In this document: positions 1 to 9,412 of the stretch, in pieces | Numbering within the stretch: the stretch's first letter is position 1 | How the letters are laid out: the number at the start of each line of letters is the position of its first letter | Origin: Phycisphaerales bacterium | Lineage (GTDB): Bacteria; Planctomycetota; Phycisphaerae; Phycisphaerales; UBA1924 | Direction of reading: 5' to 3' | Assembly (NCBI GenBank): GCA_043101835.1 | Contig: JBICHM010000198.1 | Span: forward strand, 1 to 34,682 | Length of the DNA: 34,682 nt | The notes under the pieces: generated by a model | The model's database searches: none | What the model was told of the DNA's origin: nothing | What the model saw: the letters and a program-made list of their open reading frames with translations, nothing else | Translations under genes and position numbers: made by a program

Positions 1-53
1 CCGCGCCGTCGAGCGGGCGATCGGGTGAGTTTGAGCCGGGAAGGAGTCGCGCC

Positions 54-296
54 ATGAGCGGCGGCAAGTCCAACGGAGCCACACCGGATGTGCGCCTCGA
101 GGTCGCGTGCGTCAACCTGCGTCACAAGATGATGTACTGCGACGAGCGCCAGCAGACGCCCGGCATGGTGGATGACTCCTCGGAGACGCGCGTCTTCTTC
201 TGCATCCGGAGCCACGACGCGATCGGCCCCGACGCCGAGCCGGTGGCGCCGAAGTACTGCACGCCCGGGCGCGGGTGCTACGGCGCGCCTGAGTAG
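54..296 (+). CDS. small (80 aa) Cys-containing hypothetical protein
   Basis: ATG at 54 with AAGGAG at 41-46 (7 nt spacer). Codon position 3 is almost all G/C. Balanced, non-shadow amino-acid composition. Cys residues in CVNLRHKMMYC ... FFC ... KYCTPGRGCY. No family recognised with certainty. Confidence 0.65.
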   Translation: MSGGKSNGATPDVRLEVACVNLRHKMMYCDERQQTPGMVDDSSETRVFFCIRSHDAIGPDAEPVAPKYCTPGRGCYGAPE

Positions 297-308
297 TTCT
301 CCGCCGTT

Positions 309-325
309 GCCTTCCGCGAGAAGGC
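309..325. other. short GC hairpin between the small ORF and the ATPase gene
   Basis: GCCTTC (309-314) / GAAGGC (320-325) with a 5-nt loop. The stem can be extended through G-U pairs to 305-329. No U-tract follows. Function unknown. Confidence 0.25.
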
Positions 326-341
326 GGCGTAGCAATCCTCC

Positions 342-2705
342 ATGGCCCATGAGCACCACCCGGGCGGGGGCGACGGCGCCGCCGCGTCCTGCTGCGCGCA
401 CCAGTCGGACGACGTCGGGGCGACCGACCCCGTCTGCGGCATGACGGTCGACCCCGCGAAGGCCGCGGGAACCTGCGAGCACGGCGGCGAGACCTACCAC
501 TTCTGCAGCCAGGGATGCCTAAAGAAGTTCCGCGAGGATCCCGAGCGGTACCTCGACGGCGGCGGTGGCGACGATGCGCCTGACGATCCCAATGCCATCT
601 ACACCTGCCCGATGCACCCGGAGGTGCGCCAACGCGGCCCGGGCGACTGCCCGAAGTGCGGCATGGCGCTCGAGCCGGAATCAGGCGGCGAGGGCGACGA
701 CACCGAGCTGAAGTCATTGACGCGCCGGTTCTGGGTGAGCGCCGCGCTCACGGCGCCGCTGGTCGTGATCGCGATGGGCGACATGCTGCTGCCCGGCGAC
801 CCGATCCACGAGGCCATCCCACCTGCCGTGCGCCAGTGGATCGAGGCGGCGCTCGCGACGCCGGTGGCGTTCTGGGGCGGGTGGCCCTTCCTGGTGCGCA
901 TGTGGCGGTCGATCCCCGGGTTCAACCTGAACATGTTCACGCTCATCGGCGTCGGCGTGCTCGCGGCGATGGGATACAGCCTCGTGGCGATCATCGCGCC
1001 GGGTCTGTTCCCTGAGTCGGTGCGCGCCGAGTCCGGGCGCGTGCCCGTGTACTTCGAGGCGGCGGGCGTGATCGTGACGCTCGTGCTGCTCGGGCAGGTG
1101 CTGGAGCTACGGGCGCGGAAGCGGACGGGGCGCGCGGTGCGTGCGCTGCTGGAGCTGGCGCCGCGGACGGCGCACAGGATCGACGATGATGGGAACGAGA
1201 CGGATGTGTCGCTGGATGAAGTCACTGAGGGCGACCGCCTGCGCGTCCGCCCCGGCGAGAAGGTGCCGGTCGACGGCTCGGTGCTGGAGGGCGAGTCGTA
1301 CATCGACGAATCGATGCTGACCGGCGAGCCGGCGCCGGTCGGCAAGCAGTCGGGCGACGAGGTCGTCGGCGGCACGGTGAACGGCGAGAGCTCCTTCGTG
1401 ATGCGCGCCGAGCGCGTCGGCGCCGACACGATGCTGAGCCAGATCGTGGAGATGGTGGCGAAGGCGCAGCGCAGCCGCGCCCCGGTGCAGCGCCTCGCGG
1501 ACGCCGTCGCCGGCTGGTTCGTGCCGATCGTGGTGGGCGTCGCAGTCGTCGCGTTCGGCGTGTGGATGCTGTTTGGCCCGGAGCCGCGCCTGGCGAACGC
1601 GCTGATCAGCGCGGTGAGCGTGCTGATCATCGCGTGCCCGTGCGCGCTCGGGCTGGCGACGCCGATGAGCGTGATGGTGGGCGTCGGCCGCGGCGCCGGG
1701 GAGGGCGTGCTCTTCAAGGAAGCCGCGGCCCTCGAGCAGATGGAGGCGATCGGCGTCATCGTCGTCGACAAGACGGGCACGCTGACCGAGGGCAAGCCGC
1801 GCCTGGAGTCAGCCCACGCGTCCGACGGCTTCGACGCCGATGAGGTTGTGCGACTCGCGGCGGCCGTCGAGCACGCCAGCGAGCACCCGCTGGGGCGCGC
1901 GATCGTCGAGGGCGCGAAGGAGCGCGACCTGCGCGTCGGCGAGGCGTCGGACTTCTCCTCGTCGTCGGGCAAGGGAGTGCAGGCGACGGTGGACGGGCAG
2001 CGCATCGCTGTCGGCAACCGCGTGCTGCTCGAGGAACTCGGCGTCGACGGCGGTGCGCTGCGCGAGCGCGCCGCCGAGATCCAGGGCGAGGGCGCAACAG
2101 CGGTCTTCGTCGTCATCGACGGTTCCTGCGCCGGCGTGATGGGCGTCGCCGACCCGGTGAAGGAGACGACGCCGGAGGCGATCGAGGCGCTGCACCGCGA
2201 GGGGCTGGAAATCGTCATGCTCACCGGCGACAGCCGGCGCACGGCGGAGGCGGTGGCGAAGCGTCTCGGTATCGACCGCGTCGAGGCGGAGGTGCTGCCC
2301 GATCAGAAACGCGCCGTCATCGAGAAGCTGCAGGGCGAGGGCCGCAAGGTCGCCATGGCCGGCGACGGCGTGAACGATGCCCCCGCGCTTGCACAGGCCG
2401 ACATCGGCGTCGCGATGGGCGCGGGGTCGGATGTCGCGATCGAGAGCGCCGGCGTCACGCTCGTGAAGGGCGATCTGCGCGGGCTCGTGCGGGCGCGCCG
2501 GCTCAGCGAGGCGACGATGCGGAACATCCGCCAGAACCTCGTCTTCGCCTTCGGCTACAACGCACTGTGCGTGCCGATCGCGGCGGGCGTGCTCTACCCG
2601 ATCACCGGGATGCTGCTGAGCCCCATGCTCGCCGCGGCGGCGATGAGCCTGAGTTCCGTCAGCGTCATCGGCAATGCGCTGCGGCTTCGGGCGGTCAAGC
2701 TGTAG
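342..2705 (+). CDS. copA: copper-translocating P1B-type ATPase with N-terminal TRASH/YHS-like and YTCPMHP-type metal-binding modules
   Basis: Motifs read in the translation: CPC in [13 protein letters not shown] (TM6), DKTGTLT phosphorylation site, [15 protein letters not shown] hinge, [13 protein letters not shown] and [11 protein letters not shown] (the YN / MxxSS signature of Cu(I) P1B-1 pumps). N-terminus carries [10 protein letters not shown]...[11 protein letters not shown] and YTCPMHPEV...CPKCGM. Confidence 0.93.
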   Translation: MAHEHHPGGGDGAAASCCAHQSDDVGATDPVCGMTVDPAKAAGTCEHGGETYHFCSQGCLKKFREDPERYLDGGGGDDAPDDPNAIYTCPMHPEVRQRGPGDCPKCGMALEPESGGEGDDTELKSLTRRFWVSAALTAPLVVIAMGDMLLPGDPIHEAIPPAVRQWIEAALATPVAFWGGWPFLVRMWRSIPGFNLNMFTLIGVGVLAAMGYSLVAIIAPGLFPESVRAESGRVPVYFEAAGVIVTLVLLGQVLELRARKRTGRAVRALLELAPRTAHRIDDDGNETDVSLDEVTEGDRLRVRPGEKVPVDGSVLEGESYIDESMLTGEPAPVGKQSGDEVVGGTVNGESSFVMRAERVGADTMLSQIVEMVAKAQRSRAPVQRLADAVAGWFVPIVVGVAVVAFGVWMLFGPEPRLANALISAVSVLIIACPCALGLATPMSVMVGVGRGAGEGVLFKEAAALEQMEAIGVIVVDKTGTLTEGKPRLESAHASDGFDADEVVRLAAAVEHASEHPLGRAIVEGAKERDLRVGEASDFSSSSGKGVQATVDGQRIAVGNRVLLEELGVDGGALRERAAEIQGEGATAVFVVIDGSCAGVMGVADPVKETTPEAIEALHREGLEIVMLTGDSRRTAEAVAKRLGIDRVEAEVLPDQKRAVIEKLQGEGRKVAMAGDGVNDAPALAQADIGVAMGAGSDVAIESAGVTLVKGDLRGLVRARRLSEATMRNIRQNLVFAFGYNALCVPIAAGVLYPITGMLLSPMLAAAAMSLSSVSVIGNALRLRAVKL

Positions 2706-2803
2706 GGCGGGCTCCGCCCACCGTCGGCCGTCGAAATCTGTAGGCTGAAGTGGTGGTCCGCCCGCAGGACTGGTGGGCAGAGCCCACCCTACGGAGACAG
2801 ACG

Positions 2804-4525
2804 ATGCGCGACGGACGGGGCGGCGTAGATCGGCGGGGATTCCTGGCGGCGGGCTTCGCCGGCGGCGCCGCGGCCGCATCGGCCCCGTGGTTCGCGCCGT
2901 CGGCCGCACTGGCCCAGCAGGCGCAGGGCGAGGCGCCGACGCCGCCGGGCATCGGCCCGGAGACGATTGCCGAAGCGCAGAAGGTCCTCGGGCTCGAGTT
3001 CACCGGCGAAGAACGCGCGATGATCGCTGAGTCGATCGAGCAGCTCGTCGAGTTCTACGGCGAGGTCCGCAGCGCCGGCCTGCAGAACGCCGACGGCCCG
3101 GCTGAGATCTTCGACCCCCGCCTGCCAGGGTTCGAGCCGCCGTCGGGCATGGCGCTCGCGGGCCGGTACATGCAGCCCCGCGCCGGCACGCTGCCGGAAG
3201 ACGAGGCGGACATCTGCTTCGCGCCGGTCTCGCACCTCGCCGAGTGGGTCCGCACCCGCCAGATCACGAGCGAGCGTCTCACGCGCCTGTACCTGTCGCG
3301 TCTGCGTCGCCTGAATGCGCAGCTCGAGTGCGTCGTGACATTCATGGATGACGCCGCGCTCGCGCAGGCGCGCCGGGCGGACGCCGAAATCGCGGCGGGC
3401 AACTACCGGGGGCCGCTGCACGGCCTGCCCTGGGGGGCCAAGGATCTCTTCGACACGGCCGACGTGCCGACCACATGGGGCGCCGCGCCGTGGAAGAACC
3501 GTGTTCCCGATCGCGACGCGACCGTCGTGCGCAGGCTCGACGAGGCCGGCGCGGTGCTGATCGCCAAGCTGACGATGGGCGCCCTCGCCTACGGCGACAT
3601 CTGGTTCGGCGGGCGCACGCGCAACCCGTTCAACCTCGAACAGGGCTCGAGCGGATCGAGCGCGGGGTCGGCGTCCGCGGTCGCGGCGGGGTGCTGCGCG
3701 TTCACGCTGGGGACGGAGACCTACGGCTCGATCGGCTCACCGAGCGCCCGCTGCGGCGCCACGGGATTCCGGCCGACGTTCGGGCGCGTGTCGCGCGACG
3801 GGGCGATGGCGCTCTGCTGGTCGCTCGACAAGGTCGGCCCTATCTGCCGCACCGCCGAATGCTGCGCCCACGTGCTCGAGGCGATCAACGGCTACGACCC
3901 TGGCGACCCGGCCACGACGCGCGTGCCGCTTCCGATCGACATGATTACGCCGATCCGCGGGCTGACAATCGGGTACGACCCCTCGACCTACGAGGGCGAG
4001 TGGGTGTCCGACGAGGACCGCGCGGTGCTCGACATCCTGCGCGAAGAGCGGTGCGAACTGGTGGAAGTGTCCATTCCAGACGGGCCGTGGGGCCAGATGA
4101 TCTTCCTGCTCATCACCGTCGAAGCGGCCGCGGCGTTCGATGAAATGACGCGGACCGATCAGGACGACCAGCTCACCTGGCAGTCGCCGCAGGCGTGGCC
4201 CAACACCTTCCGCACGGGCCGGTTCATCCCGGCGGTGGACTACTACAACGCCACGCGCTGGCGTCGGCGCCTGATGCATCGCGCGGCGGAGCTCTTCGGC
4301 GGCGTGCAGGGCATCGTGGCGCCCCAGGCGCACGGCGCGATGCACGCGATCACGAATATGACCGGCCACCCCGCGATCACGTTCCGCACCGGATTCCGAG
4401 AGAACGGCACGCCGCGCGCGAACACGGTCTGGGGCGGGCTCTATGACGACGCGGCCACGCTGCGCATCGGCGCCACGCTGGAGCAGCGCCTGGACCAGTG
4501 GTCGAGACGGCCGGCGCTGGACTGA
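2804..4525 (+). CDS. amidase-signature family hydrolase with twin-arginine (Tat) signal
   Basis: ATG 2804 preceded by GGAG (2793-2796). The track ORF begins at an upstream GTG (2750), but that extension looks non-coding. Tat-like DRRGFLAAGFAGGAAAASAP at the N-terminus. Gly/Ser-rich amidase signature GSSGSSAGSASAVAAG. Catalytic-Lys context PWGAKDLFD. Confidence 0.85.
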   Translation: MRDGRGGVDRRGFLAAGFAGGAAAASAPWFAPSAALAQQAQGEAPTPPGIGPETIAEAQKVLGLEFTGEERAMIAESIEQLVEFYGEVRSAGLQNADGPAEIFDPRLPGFEPPSGMALAGRYMQPRAGTLPEDEADICFAPVSHLAEWVRTRQITSERLTRLYLSRLRRLNAQLECVVTFMDDAALAQARRADAEIAAGNYRGPLHGLPWGAKDLFDTADVPTTWGAAPWKNRVPDRDATVVRRLDEAGAVLIAKLTMGALAYGDIWFGGRTRNPFNLEQGSSGSSAGSASAVAAGCCAFTLGTETYGSIGSPSARCGATGFRPTFGRVSRDGAMALCWSLDKVGPICRTAECCAHVLEAINGYDPGDPATTRVPLPIDMITPIRGLTIGYDPSTYEGEWVSDEDRAVLDILREERCELVEVSIPDGPWGQMIFLLITVEAAAAFDEMTRTDQDDQLTWQSPQAWPNTFRTGRFIPAVDYYNATRWRRRLMHRAAELFGGVQGIVAPQAHGAMHAITNMTGHPAITFRTGFRENGTPRANTVWGGLYDDAATLRIGATLEQRLDQWSRRPALD

Positions 4526-4528
4526 CGG

Positions 4529-7468
4529 TCATCTCGCGTCGGCGGGCGCTTCCTCCGGATACTCCAGCCCCAGCGTGCGCCCCTTCTCGACCGCCGGGAC
4601 GCCATCGGTCATCCACACGGGCGCCGGCGCGTCCTTCAGGTAGTGGTCGAAGAACTGCTGCATTCGGACGGCCCAGTCCACGCGATTCTGGCGCTTGACG
4701 AGGTTGTGATCCTCGCCGTTGTAGTTGATGAGCCAGGCGGCCTTGTCGAGGCGGCGCAGCGCCATGAACATCTCGATGCCCTGCTCCCACGGCACGGCGC
4801 CGTCCTCGTCGTTGTGCATCATGAGCAGCGGCGTATTCACCCGATCGGCCCAGAAGACCGGCGAGTTCTCGATGTAGCGCTGCTGCGCCTCCCAGAGCGT
4901 GCCGCCGATGCGGCTCTGCGTCTTCTCGTACTGGAACTGCCGGCTCATGCCGCTGCCCCAGCGGATGCCGCCGTAGGCGCTGGTCATATTGCTGACCGGC
5001 GCGCCCGCCTCCGCGGCGGCGAACATGTCGGTCTGCGTCACCATGTAGGCGATCTGGTAGCCGCCCCACGAGTGCCCCTGCAGACCGAGTCGCGCGGGAT
5101 CGACGTAGCCCTGCTCGAGAATGTGCAGCACGCCCGGCACGATGGCGTTCATCGCCGAGTCGCCGGGGAAGCCGTCCTTGTAGGGGATGTCGGGCACGAA
5201 GACGACGTACCCGCGGCTCACATAGAAGGTGATGTTGATGATCGAGCGGTACGGCTCCGGCGCGCGGTGCTGGTGCAAGCCGTCGCTCGAGCGCTCGTAG
5301 AAGTACGACATCATCGGGTACTTCTTCTGCGCCGAAAAGTCCTCCGGCTTGAAGAGGATGCCCTGGAGCTTCTCGCCATCGGCGCTGAACCACTCGACGA
5401 GCTCGGCCGTGCCCCAGCGGTAGTCGTCCTGCTGCGGGTTGGCGTGGCTGATGCGGGTGAAGCCGTCGAAGTCGAGATCAGTGATGTGCAGGTCGGGAAA
5501 CTCGCTGTAGTCCTCGCGCGTGATGAGCACGGCGTCGGCGTCGTCGGCCTTGTCGGGACGGCCGAACCGCTTCGGCGCCATGATGAGGCGTTCGGGCTTG
5601 CCATCGCCGGTGACCGTGTCGCGGTAGAAGCCGTCGTCCTTGGTGAAGTCACCGAACGCCGAAAGCAGCAGCGGTTCGTCGGCGGGGATCGCATCCTCGT
5701 CAGGATCGAGATCGACGACACGGAAGCGGATCGATTCGGCTCGGCCGACGCCGTCGGTGATGTTGCGCGGGCCCCAGAAGCCGGTCGGGTCCACCGCCCA
5801 GATGTCGTAGCGGTCGTAGACAAGGAACGCGCTGTCGTCGGTCGTCCAGCCCGCGGCGCCGTAGGGCCCGGGCATGTCCGGCGTGTCGTGGAGTTCATCG
5901 ATGATCGGCGCGTCGATGCGGTCGGTGAGATTCACGATCTTCTTCGAGCCGGTGTGCATCGCGAACCAGTCGCCTGCCTCGAGATCGAACCAGTAGGCGA
6001 AGCTCGCGCCGGGGCTGAGACGGATACCCGGACCAAAGCCGCCGGTTCGGACATCGTCGAGCACCTGCTCGCGCGCGCCGGTCGCGGGGTCGACGAGCCA
6101 CGCGTCGGTCGGCAGCTGCACATCGAATGAGAGCATGCGCCGGTGCTCGAGCGATGAGGTCCCGAGGGCCACATCGGCGTCGCCCTCGTCCCCGACCGTG
6201 ACATCAGGCATGTCCTCACGCGCGAGCTGCACCAGTCGCGCATCGGCGTCGAGGTGCGCGAGCGCGAGGTATGACCGCTCGCGCTCCTCGCGCGCGTTCT
6301 CCTTCTGCATGGGCTGGATGAAGGGATCGCGATAGTGCCAGATGTCCACGACGACCTTCTCGTCGTCGAGCAGGTCGCTCTCGGGCTCCGGCTCGGGGCG
6401 CGGCGCCGTGCCGAAGTAGAGCCGCGCACCGGAGTCGCTGAACGCCACGCGCCCGTGCTCGCTGACGATCCAGCCCTCGGGCAGCCCGTCCGCGCCGGCG
6501 CCGGCGATCTTCGTCGCGCCGCCGTCGCCGCCCGTCCATGCGTAGAGATCAAACGCGGGTTCGTCGGCGTCGTACTCCTCGAGGTTGGCGAGAAACGCGA
6601 GGCGGTCGCCGTCTTCGCTGAACGTCATCGACTTCGCGTCGAACTTCCCGCCGAGCGCCGTAGCGACGACGCCGTTCGCAGTGTCGATGACAAAGACGCC
6701 GTCGGTCTCCCCCTCCCTGGTCACCGCGCTGTAGGCGACGTGCCGGCCGTCTTTGCTGACCGCGTAGTCCGCGGCGTTGTCGAACGACCACACCTCGCCG
6801 GTGTCGAGGTTGCGCACTTCGAGGCGCGTGCCCGGCTTGCGGTCCTTCTTCTTCTCGTCGTCCTCCTTCTCTTCCTCCGCCTCGGGCTCGGGCGCAGGTT
6901 CTGACTCGGGCTGGGCCTCGGGCTCGGGGGCGGATTCGGCTTCGGGCTCGGCGGGCGCGTCGTCGTCGGCGGCCTTCTCCTCTTCGAGCGCCTTCTCGAA
7001 GTGCACGACGAGAATCGGGCCGCCCTCCTCGGGCACGGTGTACCCCTTCACGCGCTCCACATCGGTGCGCTCGCCGGAATCCAGGTCGATGATCGCAAGC
7101 CCGCTCTTGGGCATGTCGTCGGGCTTGGTCTTGTCCTTCTTCGCCTGACGCACGGTCTCCTTGGGGGGCACGATGCGGACGACAGCGAAGCGGCTGTCGC
7201 TCGTGAGTTCGCCGGCGCTGCCGAGTTCGACGCTGTATTCCCGATCGTCAATCGCGCTGCGAATCCGCGCCTCGGGATCGCCGTCCTGCGGCTGGAGCAC
7301 ATAGAAGACCCAGCGCCCGTTGTTCGAGATCGATTCGCGCGCGATCGACTTCCAGCCGTCGTAGACGCTGTGGTCGAGCGGCATCTTCTCGGCGAAGGCG
7401 ACGGATCCGGCGACAAGCGCCAGCGCGGCTGCGGCGAGGGGGCGGAGGGCGGTCTTCGAATGCGTCAT
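4529..7468 (-). CDS. secreted prolyl-oligopeptidase (S9) family serine peptidase, 979 aa
   Basis: Start trimmed to ATG at 7468 (MTHSKTALRPLAAAALALVAGSVAFA, a signal peptide). The 135 upstream codons of the track ORF are Arg-rich shadow sequence. Nucleophile motif GHSWGGY, then DEDGAVP (Asp) and GEDHNL (His). Long N-terminal propeller-like region. Confidence 0.9.
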   Translation of the reverse strand: MTHSKTALRPLAAAALALVAGSVAFAEKMPLDHSVYDGWKSIARESISNNGRWVFYVLQPQDGDPEARIRSAIDDREYSVELGSAGELTSDSRFAVVRIVPPKETVRQAKKDKTKPDDMPKSGLAIIDLDSGERTDVERVKGYTVPEEGGPILVVHFEKALEEEKAADDDAPAEPEAESAPEPEAQPESEPAPEPEAEEEKEDDEKKKDRKPGTRLEVRNLDTGEVWSFDNAADYAVSKDGRHVAYSAVTREGETDGVFVIDTANGVVATALGGKFDAKSMTFSEDGDRLAFLANLEEYDADEPAFDLYAWTGGDGGATKIAGAGADGLPEGWIVSEHGRVAFSDSGARLYFGTAPRPEPEPESDLLDDEKVVVDIWHYRDPFIQPMQKENAREERERSYLALAHLDADARLVQLAREDMPDVTVGDEGDADVALGTSSLEHRRMLSFDVQLPTDAWLVDPATGAREQVLDDVRTGGFGPGIRLSPGASFAYWFDLEAGDWFAMHTGSKKIVNLTDRIDAPIIDELHDTPDMPGPYGAAGWTTDDSAFLVYDRYDIWAVDPTGFWGPRNITDGVGRAESIRFRVVDLDPDEDAIPADEPLLLSAFGDFTKDDGFYRDTVTGDGKPERLIMAPKRFGRPDKADDADAVLITREDYSEFPDLHITDLDFDGFTRISHANPQQDDYRWGTAELVEWFSADGEKLQGILFKPEDFSAQKKYPMMSYFYERSSDGLHQHRAPEPYRSIINITFYVSRGYVVFVPDIPYKDGFPGDSAMNAIVPGVLHILEQGYVDPARLGLQGHSWGGYQIAYMVTQTDMFAAAEAGAPVSNMTSAYGGIRWGSGMSRQFQYEKTQSRIGGTLWEAQQRYIENSPVFWADRVNTPLLMMHNDEDGAVPWEQGIEMFMALRRLDKAAWLINYNGEDHNLVKRQNRVDWAVRMQQFFDHYLKDAPAPVWMTDGVPAVEKGRTLGLEYPEEAPADAR

Positions 7469-7572
7469 GGCGCGTCGGGCTCCGGTCGGCGTAGGGCGGC
7501 GGTCGCCGCGCATGCCGGACGGGAAGCCCGACGGGGGCGCACGACGCCGCGTTGTGCGGACGCTCTCTCTCG

Positions 7573-7595
7573 GCGCAGCCGAAACCCGGCTGCGC
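7573..7595. terminator. 9-bp GC hairpin downstream of the globin gene
   Basis: GCGCAGCCG (7573-7581) / CGGCTGCGC (7587-7595) with a 5-nt loop. It sits 52 nt past the globin stop, in the 179-nt spacer before the peptidase start. A T-rich run (TTCTTT) occurs only on the plus strand, so terminator function for the minus-strand gene is uncertain. Confidence 0.3.
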
Positions 7596-7646
7596 GCCGT
7601 TCTTTGGATATAGCCGGGCGGCGATCGGGCTGCAATGAAATTCGAG

Positions 7647-8114
7647 TCAGCCGCCCGGATGCCCGTCGGTATCGGACGCTGGCGGCGCGATGTTGACCAT
7701 CCACCCGCTGAAGGCGTCGAGAAACGCGTCGAACCCCGGCAGGTGCTCGGCGGGAAATCCGTATTTCGCCGGCGCATCCGCGAGCGTCTCGCGGAAGGTC
7801 GCCAGCCACGCTTGGCGCGCATCCTCGTCGATCGGGAAGGGCATGTGCCGGGCCCGAAGCATCGGCGAGCCATACCGCTGCTGGTACAGCGGCGGGCCCC
7901 CGAGCAGACCGACGAAGAACGCCGCCGACTTCTTCGAGGCCTCGACGATGTCGTCGGGGAACATCCAGCGGATCTCGGACTCGGCGAGACGCAGGTAGAA
8001 GTCCTCGAGCATCCGGAAGATCGCGTCCTCGCCCATGCGGGCGTAGATCTCGGGGTTCGGGCGCTCGACGCGCGGCGGGCCCCCGACCGGAATGTGCACC
8101 TCTCGACCCGACAT
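7647..8114 (-). CDS. truncated (2-on-2) haemoglobin / bacterial-like globin
   Basis: 155 aa. Motifs FYLRL...FVGLLGGPPLYQQRYGSPMLRARHMPFPIDEDARQAWL are typical of group II/III truncated globins, with the proximal His in the RHMPF context. Confidence 0.8.
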   Translation of the reverse strand: MSGREVHIPVGGPPRVERPNPEIYARMGEDAIFRMLEDFYLRLAESEIRWMFPDDIVEASKKSAAFFVGLLGGPPLYQQRYGSPMLRARHMPFPIDEDARQAWLATFRETLADAPAKYGFPAEHLPGFDAFLDAFSGWMVNIAPPASDTDGHPGG

Positions 8115-8197
8115 CGAGGTCGATCCTAGCCCCGTCGAGCCGGTCGCTGCACTGGGTTGGGTCTAGAGTCTCCCCACGCGCCGAATCCCCACCGTCG

Positions 8198-9412
8198 ATG
8201 ACCACGATCGCGCCCAATGAGAATCTCGACCACCGTCGAGCGCTGAACGCGGCGATCCCGCTGCTGGCGATCGCCTCGCTTCCCGACGCCATGGTGGTGC
8301 CGGTGCTCAAGGGGCTGCTGGTCGATCGCTACAGCGTGAGCGTCGGTGCGGCGCACTGGTTCCTGGGCGTGAACATCCTCGGCGGGGCCCTCGCGGCGAT
8401 CGCGATGCGCCGGCTGGGTGCGCGCGCGGGCGGGCGCTCGAGCATCGCGATCGCGTGCCTCGTGAACGCCGCGATGCTCGCGGCGATGGCATTCCCGGTC
8501 GGATTCGGCCCGACGCTGCTGCTCCGCTTCTTCGAGGGCGGGGCGGACCTGTTCGTCTTCGCGGCGCTCTTCCATGTGGTCTCGCAAAGCGGGCCGGCGG
8601 ATCGGCGGGGCCGGCGTCTCGGCTGCGCCGCGACCTGCATGATGCTGGGCATCGCGACGGGTGTGGGCGTCGGCGGCGGGGTGGGCGCCGTTGAGCCGAC
8701 GCTGGCCCTGTGGGTCGGGGCAGGCGCATGCCTGGTCGGCGCGCTCGTGGCCCGGCTCTCGCTGCCCCAGCAGACCCTTCAGCCGCCGAGCCCTCGGGGC
8801 GATGCACCTGTGCCGCCTCGCGGGCCTCTGTGGCCCGCCATGGCGATGCACGCGGCCGACCGCGGGGTCGGCGGCCTGCTGGCCACCACGCTGCCCCTGG
8901 GCCTCGGTGTGAGCCTCGGATACGGACCGGCGGCCACAGGGCTGATCGTCGGTGTCGCCATGCTCGGGCTCGCCCTGGGCGTCTGGCCGGCAGGGCAGGT
9001 GGCTGACCGGCTCGGCTGGCGGCGCGTCCGCATCTGGAGCGCCGCTGCGCATCTGGCGGCGATGGCCCTGCTCGTCCCGGGAGCGTCCATCGGCCTTGCG
9101 CCGGCGACGGCGCTCGCCGGCTTGCTGGGCCTGGCGGGCGCCGGCCTCTTCGCGTCGAGCCTGACGCTGATCGGCCGGCACGGACCGGGCGCGATGGGCG
9201 CCTACCACGCGGCCGGGAGCGCGGGATTCCTGGCACTGCCGCTGGTCGCCGCGCTCGGGCTGACCTTGGCCGGCGGCGCCCTGCCAGGCGCCGGCGCGCT
9301 GGCGTGGGCGATCGGCGTCGCGGCCGCGATGCACGGACTGGTGAGCGTGGCGTCGCTCCTCGGCGCCCGCGATGCCGTCGTGCGCGCCCGCAGCGCACTT
9401 TCGCACGGCTAG
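8198..9412 (+). CDS. MFS-type transporter
   Basis: 404 aa with about 12 hydrophobic helices. Loop motif MRRLGARAGGRSS after TM2 resembles MFS motif A. ATG at 8198. The stop TAG (9410-9412) overlaps the convergent gene's stop. Confidence 0.75.
   Translation: MTTIAPNENLDHRRALNAAIPLLAIASLPDAMVVPVLKGLLVDRYSVSVGAAHWFLGVNILGGALAAIAMRRLGARAGGRSSIAIACLVNAAMLAAMAFPVGFGPTLLLRFFEGGADLFVFAALFHVVSQSGPADRRGRRLGCAATCMMLGIATGVGVGGGVGAVEPTLALWVGAGACLVGALVARLSLPQQTLQPPSPRGDAPVPPRGPLWPAMAMHAADRGVGGLLATTLPLGLGVSLGYGPAATGLIVGVAMLGLALGVWPAGQVADRLGWRRVRIWSAAAHLAAMALLVPGASIGLAPATALAGLLGLAGAGLFASSLTLIGRHGPGAMGAYHAAGSAGFLALPLVAALGLTLAGGALPGAGALAWAIGVAAAMHGLVSVASLLGARDAVVRARSALSHG

Noticed and set aside
599-2242. 547-aa minus-strand ORF (and others at 112-717 and 1809-2909) antisense to copA
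   Set aside because: Ser/Thr/Ala/Pro/Arg-rich shadow frames. The plus strand carries every P-type ATPase signature.
2705-2788. Two small hairpins after copA (GGGCGG/CCGCCC at 2705-2719; GGTGGGC/GCCCACC at 2772-2788)
   Set aside because: Stems of 6-7 bp with 3-nt loops and no U-tract. Such palindromes arise easily by chance in sequence this GC-rich, so I cannot support them as terminators or riboswitch parts.
4643-6130. 495-aa plus-strand ORF antisense to the S9 peptidase; similar long shadows at 8126-9784, 8307-9398, 10048-11451, 11391-13040, 13357-14400, 15505-16731, 16569-17831, 18977-20248, 23246-24268, 24895-26457, 27529-28594 and 28721-29737
   Set aside because: All have low-complexity Arg/Ala/Gly/Val/Asp-rich composition and no motifs. 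Each lies opposite a gene with clear family signatures and coherent start/stop coupling.
7469-7873. N-terminal extensions offered by the track (peptidase to 7873, fasciclin to 16710, DUF2256 gene to 18949, TssM-C ORF to 24559, amidase from 2750, small membrane ORF from 13071)
   Set aside because: The extensions are Arg-rich and lack coding character. In several cases they overlap neighbouring real genes. Internal starts give signal peptides, SD sequences or start/stop coupling.
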